From positions 1,177 to 65,176 of IMG/VR virus record IMGVR_UViG_3300031251_000018: a stretch of DNA of 64,000 nucleotides; one strand, 5' to 3'. The notes beneath the pieces are model-generated. The model saw nothing but the letters and a program-made list of their open reading frames with translations. It was not told the origin of the DNA and did no database searches. The DNA is from a virus (lineage: Duplodnaviria > Caudoviricetes). A program made the position numbers and the translations under genes. Positions within the stretch are counted from its first letter, which is position 1, and the number at the start of each line of letters is the position of its first letter. Shown here piece after piece: positions 1 through 8,464 of this stretch.

Positions 1-17
1 AAGAGAATCCGAAAGAA

Positions 18-638
18 TTGCATATAAGCGCGGACGAATTCGCCGGGTTTCTTTGGGAATGTGTCGACTATTCGAAATTGCATAATCTAATGGCGCACGC
101 TATTTGCGACGCATGGAATCAGGTCGCAAGTGAAAATGTAGACTTTGAACTAGGGTTACGGTTTGAAGAGATAACAAGCCCGCGCTATTACAATTTCGAG
201 ACCGATCGTTTGTTCGCAACCATCCCGCGCGCAACCGTCGCGCGCCTGTTTCGCATGGCGCGCGCCGACAAATTTGCGAAACTCTCCGATATCATCCGCC
301 AGCGTTTCACAAGTTGCGACGGTTTCATTTCGCATTATTCAAATTGCCTTGGCGATTGGCTGGCCAAGCCTGTTTCACAGTGGGATCATAACGAACTAGG
401 AACGCTCTTAATCGCTTGCGTTGGCGACGCAAACGAAGATTTGCAGGTGTATTATCGCGCGGTTGATTGCGACGGTTTTTACCACGAACTGTGCGAGTCT
501 TACGATTACGCGAAAGTGAAGGAAAAAACGGAAGAATTGCGCGCCGAAAAATTGGAAGAGTTGCGCAAAGATGAACCCGACTATGTGGCGCCGGAGCCGC
601 GTTGCCCCTTCACTCTTGACCTCTTCGAGGCGCGATAA
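18..638 (+). CDS. Hypothetical phage protein (start uncertain, near window edge)
   Basis: 206-aa ORF with natural composition; SPRYYNFETDRLF segment resembles phage early-region hypotheticals. Confidence 0.7.
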   Translation: MHISADEFAGFLWECVDYSKLHNLMAHAICDAWNQVASENVDFELGLRFEEITSPRYYNFETDRLFATIPRATVARLFRMARADKFAKLSDIIRQRFTSCDGFISHYSNCLGDWLAKPVSQWDHNELGTLLIACVGDANEDLQVYYRAVDCDGFYHELCESYDYAKVKEKTEELRAEKLEELRKDEPDYVAPEPRCPFTLDLFEAR

Positions 639-649
639 ATCAGCAACTT

Positions 650-700
650 GCAACCATGTCAAAACGAATGGTTGACATGGTTGCCCGACTCGCCATATAA
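650..700 (+). promoter_or_regulatory. Sigma70-like promoter with a 13-bp inverted repeat over the -35 box
   Basis: TTGACA at 672-677 and CATATAA at 694-700; GCAACCATGTCAA (650-662) is the reverse complement of TTGACATGGTTGC (672-684). Confidence 0.6.
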
Positions 701-756
701 ACACAACCGCGCCGGCGCAAACGGCGCCTAACGCAACCGGACTGGAGTCTGAGACC

Positions 757-1656
757 ATGATGAACAATTCCATTTACGCCGCATCCGCCCGTTTCGACAC
801 GGCCCGCCCGCTCGAAAACGACGAACTATTTAAGCTTGCGCCGTCTATCTTCGCAACCGACGCGCATGAAAGCCGGTCCGACCGTTTCCGCGCGATTCCC
901 ACAATAGACATTCTAGACGGTTTGCGCCGCGAGGGATTCTTTCCCGTCGCCGCCCGCCAGTCCGGAAGCCGCGCGGTCGGTCGGCGCGACTATACCAAAC
1001 ACATGATTCGCCTTCGCCGTTTCGACAATGTGGAAGCATACAAAGTTGACGACAACGTTTGCGAAATTATCCTGAAAAACGCAAACGATGGAACGTCCGC
1101 CTATGAGTTGCTGGCCGGCATGTTCCGAATCCGTTGTCTAAATTCCCTAGTGGCGCAAACGTCGACTATTGATAGCGTGAAAATTCGCCATAGCGGCAAG
1201 GCGATTGAAAACGTAATTGAGGGAACCTATCGCGTGCTTGGCGAAACGCAAAACCTTCTCGCCGCGCCGGCGGATTGGGGCGCAATTCAGCTAAACGATG
1301 ACGCGCGGAACATGCTCGCCGGTCTCGCTCATGAAATCCGTTTCGGCGAGCCGGAAGACGGCGAAACAACCGCAACGCCAATCAAGCCGGCTCAATTGCT
1401 TATCCCGCGTCGCCCGGACGACACGTCGCGCGATTTGTGGACGACATTCAACGTAATTCAGGAAAACGCAATCAAGGGAAATCTTTCGGCGCGCGCCCCG
1501 TCCGGCGTGAATGAGCGCGGCCGTTGGCAACGCGGCCGCATGACGACAACACGGGAGATTAAGGGAATCGATCAAGACGTGAAAATCAATAAAGCTCTCT
1601 GGAAGATAACCGAATTTTTCGCGCAGCAAGCCGCGTCGCAAGCGCGCGCCGCGTAA
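757..1656 (+). CDS. DUF932/DUF945-family protein (phage and plasmid leading-region type)
   Basis: Motifs APSIFATDAHESRSDRF, TKHMIRLRR, NANDGTSAY, GMFRIRCLN, DLWTTFNVIQEN, INKALW. Confidence 0.85.
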   Translation: MMNNSIYAASARFDTARPLENDELFKLAPSIFATDAHESRSDRFRAIPTIDILDGLRREGFFPVAARQSGSRAVGRRDYTKHMIRLRRFDNVEAYKVDDNVCEIILKNANDGTSAYELLAGMFRIRCLNSLVAQTSTIDSVKIRHSGKAIENVIEGTYRVLGETQNLLAAPADWGAIQLNDDARNMLAGLAHEIRFGEPEDGETTATPIKPAQLLIPRRPDDTSRDLWTTFNVIQENAIKGNLSARAPSGVNERGRWQRGRMTTTREIKGIDQDVKINKALWKITEFFAQQAASQARAA

Positions 1657-1729
1657 ATCGGAAGACGGGCGCCGACGCAAACGGCGCCCGCCCGCCGCGA
1701 CCGAAACAAACGAACTGGAGCGAAAGACT

Positions 1730-2155
1730 ATGCGTTTTATCATCCGCGCCGACATTCCCTTTCCCGGCCATTGCCAAAGCCTCTTGCTAGACAACGGGAC
1801 CGTTGCCTACACAAACGGATTAACGCTGGAGCAATATGCGCAAGAGCGCGGGTTTCCCGTTCGCGTTGTAGAAAACGACGAACTGGAGCAATTAGAGCGC
1901 GCACATATTGATTCCCTTGTGACGGAACCGTGCGAAGAGTCAAAAGAGCACTTTTGGGACGCGCTCGAATGCCTGCCGCCGTCGAAATGGCGGACGGTCC
2001 GCGGCGTCGAAATGTTTCATATTTGCGAGCGCATAACCGGCGATTTAGTCGCGTGGCATTGCCATGTCGGCGAGCGTTACGCGACGTTTAATGATCGCGC
2101 CGGGAAACCCGCCGACGAAATAGCTGCAAAAGCCGCGGCATTTTTTGCCGCCTAA
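1730..2155 (+). CDS. Hypothetical protein, DUF1419-like C-terminal half
   Basis: FWDALECLPP...EMFHICERITGD motif; ACTGGAG RBS upstream. Confidence 0.65.
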   Translation: MRFIIRADIPFPGHCQSLLLDNGTVAYTNGLTLEQYAQERGFPVRVVENDELEQLERAHIDSLVTEPCEESKEHFWDALECLPPSKWRTVRGVEMFHICERITGDLVAWHCHVGERYATFNDRAGKPADEIAAKAAAFFAA

Positions 2156-2208
2156 CAATCGCGCGCAAACGGCGCGCCCCTTCAACTAACGAACTGGAGC
2201 ACAAGAAA

Positions 2209-2622
2209 ATGATCGACGCGAAAACACATGCTATTTACCGCGCCAGGATCGCCGCCTTTGAAGCGTGGCTCAACGGTCGCACAAGCTATCGGACGGAAGA
2301 CGTTCCGACGGAATTGCGCGACATCGACAACGCCATGCGGAGCGCGGTTGAAGTTTACGAAATAAACACTGAAAAACCGGAAAAACTCTTCGTCTATGTC
2401 GCGCCGGATAAAATCGCCAATGCCGGGGCCTTTGGCTTTGTGACAACGTGGACGGGCGAAAGACTTGGACGGTATGAAGTCCGAAACAAATGGCGCGACA
2501 ATTTCGGCGGCGAGCGCCAATCAATTCGCGCCTGTATCGGCGGCGTCATGTATGCCGGAACCTATTTCAAATCGTCCGGCGATTATGCGCGCCTGAAAAA
2601 GTGCAAAACGGCCCGCGCCTAG
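2209..2622 (+). CDS. Hypothetical phage protein
   Basis: 137-aa ORF with ACTGGAG RBS, in the same operon. Confidence 0.75.
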   Translation: MIDAKTHAIYRARIAAFEAWLNGRTSYRTEDVPTELRDIDNAMRSAVEVYEINTEKPEKLFVYVAPDKIANAGAFGFVTTWTGERLGRYEVRNKWRDNFGGERQSIRACIGGVMYAGTYFKSSGDYARLKKCKTARA

Positions 2623-2629
2623 TCGCGCC

Positions 2630-2678
2630 GATTGCGAGCGCGGGCGCCGGCTTCGTGCTGGCGCCGTCGCGCGCAATC
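2630..2678. repeat. Conserved imperfect hairpin, copy 1
   Basis: GATTGCGAGCGCGGGCGCC...GGCGCCGTCGCGCGCAATC; near-identical arms at 3150-3209. Confidence 0.85.
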
Positions 2679-2703
2679 TCGCGCCGGACTGGAGCAAACG
2701 ACT

Positions 2704-3138
2704 ATGACAACTCTTCCGAATCACCTTTTCGCCAGTGAATGCGACGGCGCCCTATACGATACGCGCGCCGACAACTGGAGCAAGGCGCCCGCATTGCGCG
2801 CCATCTATTGCAAGCATTTTTCGCGCATCGAAACCGTGGCCGAATTTAAAGCTACATTGCGCGCGGGCGCCTACGCGTGGCCGGGTGGCTATCCGCTGTG
2901 TTTCATTACAGCCGACGGCGCCGCCCTTTCGTTCAATACCGTGAAAGCCAATGCGCGGTGGATCATTGACGCCATTGCGGCGGATGATTCGCGCAGCGGA
3001 TGGCGTATCGCGGCTTGCGCCATAAACTGGGAAGACGGCGCCCTGTATTGCGACCATTCCGGCGAGCGAATCGAGTCCGCCTGTGGCGACGACGACGCAT
3101 CGGAAGACGACGACGCGGCCGAAAGCGCCAACGCCTAA
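2704..3138 (+). CDS. Hypothetical phage protein (AWPGGYP family)
   Basis: ATG at 2704 after ACTGGAG RBS; YAWPGGYPL...INWED..LYCDHSGERIESA motif. Confidence 0.75.
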   Translation: MTTLPNHLFASECDGALYDTRADNWSKAPALRAIYCKHFSRIETVAEFKATLRAGAYAWPGGYPLCFITADGAALSFNTVKANARWIIDAIAADDSRSGWRIAACAINWEDGALYCDHSGERIESACGDDDASEDDDAAESANA

Positions 3139-3149
3139 CCATAAAAACC

Positions 3150-3209
3150 GATTGCGAGTGCGGGCGCCGACGGGCTGTTAACCGGCGGGCGGCGCCGTCG
3201 CGCGCAATC
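3150..3209. repeat. Conserved imperfect hairpin, copy 2
   Basis: GATTGCGAGTGCGGGCGCC...GGCGCCGTCGCGCGCAATC with a different loop. Confidence 0.85.
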
Positions 3210-3630
3210 TTGCGCGGAACCATGTGTTGACGTGAAAGCCGGCGCGCCGATATCGGCGCGACGCGCGCCCCGTCGCGCCCCATAGGCGGAACCATGCCAA
3301 GCCGGTCGGAACCGGGCGCCGTCGCGCGCCCCTATGCCGCGCGCCCCTATTCCGGCGCGGCGCATTCCTTGGCCACGGCGCGCCCCTCGCGCGGCGCGGC
3401 AAACGGGCCGCCCGTGCGAGTTTTAGGGTCCGCCCGCACCATTCCAGCCCGGAACCGTTTGACGCATGGGCGGCCCGTTTGCCGCGATTCTGGCGCGGGA
3501 CGCCCTTGCGGACGGGGGCGCGCGCCCCCATTTCGGGCCGTTATGGGCGGCCGATGGCGCCCGCCGCGGGACGGTCCAGAGACGGAATCGCCAGCGATTG
3601 CGTGGCTTGTAGCATGGGCGCAACCATTCG

Positions 3631-3700
3631 AATGGTTGCGTTCAAGGCGGAATGGTCACGTTCAAGGCGGAATGGCTGCGTCCAAGGTAGAAAATGGCCA
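3631..3700. repeat. About 20-bp degenerate tandem repeat, 3 copies plus a remnant
   Basis: AATGGTTGCGTTCAAGGCGG / AATGGTCACGTTCAAGGCGG / AATGGCTGCGTCCAAGGTAG. Confidence 0.8.
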
Positions 3701-3762
3701 TGTTCACGCTAAGGAAACGGCCGTGTCCGAGCCGTGGCCCTGTCCCTGCGCAACCCCCTCGA

Positions 3763-3890
3763 CGGCTTTTCGGATCAAAAGGGAGAGCGGCTTTTTGGAT
3801 CAAAAAGGGGAGGGCGGCTTTTCAGACCGTCTGCGGCTTTTTGGATCAAAAAGGGGAGGGCGGCTTTTTAGACCGTCTGCGGCTTTTTAG
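3763..3890. repeat. Tandem repeats containing the CTTTTTGGATCAAAAAG dyad
   Basis: Three copies of CGGCTTTT(T/C)GGATCAAAA(A)GGG and two of GCGGCTTTT(C/T)AGACCGTCTGCGGCTTTTT. Confidence 0.85.
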
Positions 3891-3965
3891 GCTAGAATGA
3901 AAAGTGGCCAGGGAGCGCAAATCTCCCTGGCCGTGTCCCTGGATCACCGAACTGGAGCTAACAGC

Positions 3966-4313
3966 ATGAGCAATCAGAAGGAACAGACCATCAGAACCAC
4001 GAAACGATCCTACAATCAAGCCGCACGCGCCGCGTCCCGCCGGGCGTTTATCGAGCGCGGCGGTAAGTTGCTTCAGGTCGAGCTAGAAGCCGATCACCTT
4101 GAGCAACTCGAATTGCTGCGGGATAGCCGCGGACACTCGACGATCAAGGAAACCGTGGTCGCCTTGTTGAACGAGTCGCGCTACGTTGTCGACTTCCACG
4201 TCAAACTGACCAAGGCCGAAGCCGACGCGCTCGTTAAGGTGCGCGAGCGGAAGAACCTGTCTTCCAATCGCGCCGCGGTCGCCTTCGCGCTCCTGAAGTG
4301 CGCGGGGGAGTAA
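3966..4313 (+). CDS. Putative DNA-binding protein with two tandem ribbon-helix-helix-like units
   Basis: ATG at 3966 after ACTGGAG RBS; LQVELEADHLEQLELLRDSRGHST and FHVKLTKAEADALVKVRERKNLSS are similar beta-alpha-alpha segments. Confidence 0.55.
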   Translation: MSNQKEQTIRTTKRSYNQAARAASRRAFIERGGKLLQVELEADHLEQLELLRDSRGHSTIKETVVALLNESRYVVDFHVKLTKAEADALVKVRERKNLSSNRAAVAFALLKCAGE

Positions 4314-4354
4314 GGCTTTTCAGGCCCTCTGCGGCTTTTTGAAGGAAGACAACA

Positions 4355-4567
4355 ATGACTGTCTACGACGAAATCACGTTTTGGATGCGCAGGAGTTTCG
4401 CCAAGAATGGCTCCTGTCTGCGCTACGAAGACGAGAACGAATATATCCTCTACGAGTTGAACCGTATGAACCGCCGGGAGTTTTTAGAAAAGATCAGCGA
4501 GGCGATCGAAACGCGCCTAGATGGTATTCAGAACCAGATCGACGCGCTCCGCGAACGTCTGGATTAG
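4355..4567 (+). CDS. Hypothetical protein
   Basis: 70-aa ORF with GAAGGAAG RBS; coiled-coil C-terminus. Confidence 0.6.
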   Translation: MTVYDEITFWMRRSFAKNGSCLRYEDENEYILYELNRMNRREFLEKISEAIETRLDGIQNQIDALRERLD

Positions 4568-5181
4568 CTGCCTGCACGATACCATCGATCCGATAACACT
4601 TGCAGCGCGTCGCGGAATTCTCTCGCGACGCGCGAAGCCCCCACCTGCCTTTTCCACATTTTATCCGCGCCGGGCTCTGATCCGATAAGGTTCGCGGTCT
4701 CGCGGAATGTGTGATCGTCACCAAGCACGGCGGTCAGGATGAATTCGCCGCGGGGTCCGCAGTAGCGGATCGCGACCGCGCGCACTTCGATGGCGGCATG
4801 GGCGGCGTCCAGCATCCGCGCTATTCGATACTCGTTGCTGTCGCGCTGGCTGGATCGCAGGCCGTCGTCCGATGGTGCGCCGACGCCGTGCGCCCGTTCC
4901 ATGATCTCCCGGTAGCGCATCCCTGCCGCATACTGAAACCCGTCGAGCCTGCCGTATCGGTGCTCGCGTTCCAGTGGATCGCGCGCGACGTTGACCATGG
5001 TCTGTTGGCGTTTGCCGCGGGCCAAGTGGACGGCGCGGGTCTCAGTGGGGTCCACAAGCGCCGCGTGGGCGATCTCGACGCGGCCGGGGAGGGGCTTGCC
5101 CTCTCTCCGGAAGTCCCGGCCGGGATGGAGGGCGGCGGTTACGCCTTCATAGCGTCCGAGGCGAGAGTTGGCTTGGCGCAC
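4564..5181 (-). CDS. DUF6456-like protein, putative transcription activator
   Basis: VNVARDPLERE...QYAAGMRYREIME and C-terminal FRDALQVL pattern resemble the DUF6456 (GafA C-terminal) family; CTGGAG RBS before GTG. Confidence 0.6.
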   Translation of the reverse strand: MRQANSRLGRYEGVTAALHPGRDFRREGKPLPGRVEIAHAALVDPTETRAVHLARGKRQQTMVNVARDPLEREHRYGRLDGFQYAAGMRYREIMERAHGVGAPSDDGLRSSQRDSNEYRIARMLDAAHAAIEVRAVAIRYCGPRGEFILTAVLGDDHTFRETANLIGSEPGADKMWKRQVGASRVAREFRDALQVLSDRWYRAGS

Positions 5182-5284
5182 CTGTTAGCTCCAGGGTTGG
5201 GGTGGGTAGTGAATGCTAACGCGGTTGGGCGACGCGGACAACCGGGCGGGCGTAAGGACGCCGCGGGTGGCGGCCTTGCTCAGG

Positions 5285-5617
5285 AAGATTTCTTCCTGCA
5301 CACGCTTCCCTGCACAGGGTTTTTACTAATAAAAAAAACAACACAATAGAGCATAAGCGTAACTGCTTCCGTGCAGTGAACAGGTAGAAATCGGTATTCT
5401 TCCCTCACTTTTCCATACTGGTTACTTACTCACCGCTCACCTCCCCCCCTATTCCTCTTATATTTTTATATTTCTAAAGAAAGAAAATAGAAGCCTACCT
5501 GCCCACCTGCACAGCACCTACCTAAACTATTGAAAAATATGGCTGTGCAGGTGGGCAGGTAGCTTCGGGTTTTATATGCACAAACCCAGTTTTACCTGCA
5601 CACCGGCGCCTTCTTTA
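5285..5617. other. Putative replication origin
   Basis: Non-coding, AT-rich tract; repeated CCTGCAC motifs; perfect 21-bp inverted repeat 5495-5515/5542-5562; directly downstream of primase-helicase. Confidence 0.6.
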
Positions 5618-7996
5618 CTAGAAGGGTTGATCTTTATCGTTTTCAGCCTTCGCCGCAGCATCGTTGCGTGCCGTCCACCCGTCGAGGTCGGCTTTAAATT
5701 TATCGGCTAAAGTTGAGTTGCTCACCTGACTAAGGAGGTGCGCGCTCTTGCCTTTGACCCACAAGATGGCTTGGCCGATACGGGGAAGGCGCTTACGTTC
5801 AAGCGCCGTATAGCCGTGCTTGCGCAAACTGGCCGCTATCTTTTTCGGATGAACCTTTCTCTTACCGTCTTCGGTAAGCTCCCCGGTGAGTTTCACGGCG
5901 CTGGTCAGTTCCTCCACCCGGACGATCTCGCGGCCATGCCACAGGCCACCCTCGGCGAACTGCGCCTCGATCCAGACCTCGGCGTCGTCGCGCGCCTGGG
6001 CGACCATCTCCGACTTCGCCTCGGTCCACGGCGGCTCGGCGTAGGGGTCAAACTTGGAGATGTCGCGGGCTTCTAACCATCCCCGAAGCTTGTGGAGCCT
6101 CAGAATGTTCTCGGGTTCGAGCATCTCCGCGACCCTAGCGTAGAGATCAGCGGGGCCTTTTATCGCGGGAGTCCTATAGACGAGGTAACGGCGGTCGTCG
6201 TTGTCAAGCGCGAGGGCATTTTCGTTGTTGGAAAAGAAGAACCAAAGGTGCCTATTCCTGACAGGATATTGTTCTTTGTTTTTCCGGTTGATCCAGATTT
6301 CTTCTTGAGAAAGAGACACAAGTGCTTTCAATCGCTCATACAGATCGCGCTTATGGAAGGGCGGCAATTCTTCGACGATCAAAAGTTCGCTCTCAGCCCA
6401 CGGCTGGAAGGAATCTTCTAACTCGGAGGGGCTCAACGTCCTTGCATTCTTCGTCCCGAGGATGAAATTGAACGGTCGCAAGAGCAGGGATTTTCCGACG
6501 CCCTGCGCGCCAACCAACATCCATGCCCAATTTACCTTGACGCCGGGGCGCTGTAGAAGATGCGCGCACCAATCGTAGAAAATTTCGCGGATGCGATCGT
6601 CGGGAAAGATGTGTTCACATAGATCGAGCCAAGGACGAATATCTTCGTCGCCGGGGGCGTCGAAGGGCCACGGGCCGATAGGGTGGGGCTCCCATGTATT
6701 CCAGATTTGATGCGGCTTGCCTTTGTCTGTTACCTTTACAACGACTTTTTGTCCGGGGTAAAACCCCAAAGCGCGCGCCTTGAACGCCTCGCCCATACTT
6801 CCAAGGTAGGCACTTGGTGTTTTCTTTTGCCGACGGGGCAAAAGGTGCCAGTTGTTATCGTTAAAGACAGATTTCGAAACAACGGTTCTCTCGAATCGGT
6901 CCCCGATTAACCCCTCGCCGCTCTTGATGTAGACGTAACGCTCCGTAAAAATGTTGGCCGCCTGTTCGGCGACTTCGGCTTGTTCTTCCTCGGCCGCTGC
7001 GGTTTGCTCCTGCCGACGCTCCTGCAAGCGCGCAAGCCGCTCCATGTCGATCGGCTCCGCGGCGAACATCTCACCGACCGCGGCGACGTGTTCCTCGCGG
7101 CACTCTTCGGCGATCCACTTCTTCACATCATCCATCGTGCGGTGCTGGCAATGCCCGTGGTGGCATTGGAAGCCGCCCCCGCCGACCTTATAGCCGGCCT
7201 CGACCCGGTCGTCGGTGTGTTCGTGCGACCAGGGGCAGACCACATTGATGAAGCCGTTGTCGTTGGGGTCGGTATCGATGACCATGCCCTTGGCGTCGAA
7301 CACCTTCAGGACCGTGTCACCGGCGATCTCGGCGGCCGACGCCACGTTGTTGGCGAACATGCCGGCGGTGTAGCGGGCCAGCCGGGTCTCCGAGAGGTCG
7401 GCCCCGACAGCCTCGGCGAGTTCCGCAACCGAGTAGGCCCGCTCGGGGCGCCAGGAGTGCATCACCGAGCGGAACGGCTTGCCGCCATTGGCCTCGATCA
7501 CAGCGGGCTTAACATTGCTTCCCACCGGAGGCCGGGCTACGCGGGTCACGCCAGCCATGCCGGGATCGCGCAGGGAGGGATTAAGCTCGGCGTTGCCTAC
7601 AACGGCATCCACAATCGCCGAGAGCGCCCGCGCGTCCGTGCCATCGGTTAGCTTGAAACCCCACTGGAAATTACCCGGCGAGGTCTCCACTATGTAGGTC
7701 GGCGGGGGGAAGAGATCGATTGCGACAAGGGTGTTTAACTTTGTGCCGATGTCATCCACGACAAAAACATGCTGGCGAAGGAAATACTGTTTTTGGCGGA
7801 CGAATTTTCCGTCGTCCGCCAGTGAAAACGTCGAAACACAGAAATAATTTGCCTTTTCAGGCTTCAACCACTTCAGCGCCGTGCCAGCCGATTTGACGGC
7901 CCACCCTTTGCCAGATGAGACGGGCACGTTGACCCAATCCTCCCCAAAAAGCGCCCTCAGAAACTCTTCATTGGTGACGGTGATCGGGCCTGTCAT
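5618..7996 (-). CDS. Primase-helicase (RepB-type primase plus DUF5906/SF3 helicase)
   Basis: VVDDIGTK and IVETSPGNFQW primase motifs; CPW..H / CHHGHC zinc site; Walker A GAQGVGKS, Walker B LIVEE, DDRRY. Confidence 0.9.
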   Translation of the reverse strand: MTGPITVTNEEFLRALFGEDWVNVPVSSGKGWAVKSAGTALKWLKPEKANYFCVSTFSLADDGKFVRQKQYFLRQHVFVVDDIGTKLNTLVAIDLFPPPTYIVETSPGNFQWGFKLTDGTDARALSAIVDAVVGNAELNPSLRDPGMAGVTRVARPPVGSNVKPAVIEANGGKPFRSVMHSWRPERAYSVAELAEAVGADLSETRLARYTAGMFANNVASAAEIAGDTVLKVFDAKGMVIDTDPNDNGFINVVCPWSHEHTDDRVEAGYKVGGGGFQCHHGHCQHRTMDDVKKWIAEECREEHVAAVGEMFAAEPIDMERLARLQERRQEQTAAAEEEQAEVAEQAANIFTERYVYIKSGEGLIGDRFERTVVSKSVFNDNNWHLLPRRQKKTPSAYLGSMGEAFKARALGFYPGQKVVVKVTDKGKPHQIWNTWEPHPIGPWPFDAPGDEDIRPWLDLCEHIFPDDRIREIFYDWCAHLLQRPGVKVNWAWMLVGAQGVGKSLLLRPFNFILGTKNARTLSPSELEDSFQPWAESELLIVEELPPFHKRDLYERLKALVSLSQEEIWINRKNKEQYPVRNRHLWFFFSNNENALALDNDDRRYLVYRTPAIKGPADLYARVAEMLEPENILRLHKLRGWLEARDISKFDPYAEPPWTEAKSEMVAQARDDAEVWIEAQFAEGGLWHGREIVRVEELTSAVKLTGELTEDGKRKVHPKKIAASLRKHGYTALERKRLPRIGQAILWVKGKSAHLLSQVSNSTLADKFKADLDGWTARNDAAAKAENDKDQPF

Positions 7997-8080
7997 CTTG
8001 ATTTTTCCTTGTTTGCCCCTTATGTTCGGGGCTGTTCGGTCGGTTGCTCTGGCTCCGGTGGCGCCGTTGGTTACGGCGCG

Positions 8081-8116
8081 AGACCCCGGTCCTTCTGATG
8101 AAGGGCCGGGGTTTTC
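8081..8116. terminator. Stem-loop, possible terminator
   Basis: ACCCCGGTCCTTC-TGAT-GAAGGGCCGGGGT followed by T-run. Confidence 0.5.
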
Positions 8117-8464
8117 TTACTCCCAGGGGAGCGAGGGACGACCGGCATCGGCAAGCTCAAGGGCTGCACGGGCCTCTTCAAGCTGCGCGGCCAAAATTCC
8201 GACTTGCCGCCGTTTGCGCGCCTTGAACGAAATGAAGGCTTCATCCGGCGTTTCACATGCCCACTTTTTATTTACCTGTAGGTTGACGAAGCGGCCGTTC
8301 TCCAGGCGTGCACCGCAGCGCGTGCGCTTTTTGATCGGGTGCCAAGACAAAACGAGACGGAGCTTGTCCGAACTCCATTCTCGATCAGCTTCCCACCGCC
8401 AAAGCACGTCAATGTTATCCGGCGGCATGTAGTAGCCCATACCGGGGCAGTAGAGCAGGGTCAT
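8117..8464 (-). CDS. Hypothetical phage protein
   Basis: ATG overlaps polymerase stop (ATGA); KKWACETPDEAFISFKARK motif. Confidence 0.7.
   Translation of the reverse strand: MTLLYCPGMGYYMPPDNIDVLWRWEADREWSSDKLRLVLSWHPIKKRTRCGARLENGRFVNLQVNKKWACETPDEAFISFKARKRRQVGILAAQLEEARAALELADAGRPSLPWE

Noticed and set aside
2630-3209. Integron attC sites
   Set aside because: Lack RYYYAAC/GTTRRRY ends, and the integrase is not IntI-like
3294-3890. 198-aa ORF across the structured and repeat region
   Set aside because: Arg/Pro/Gly-rich, translates DNA repeats, no clear RBS
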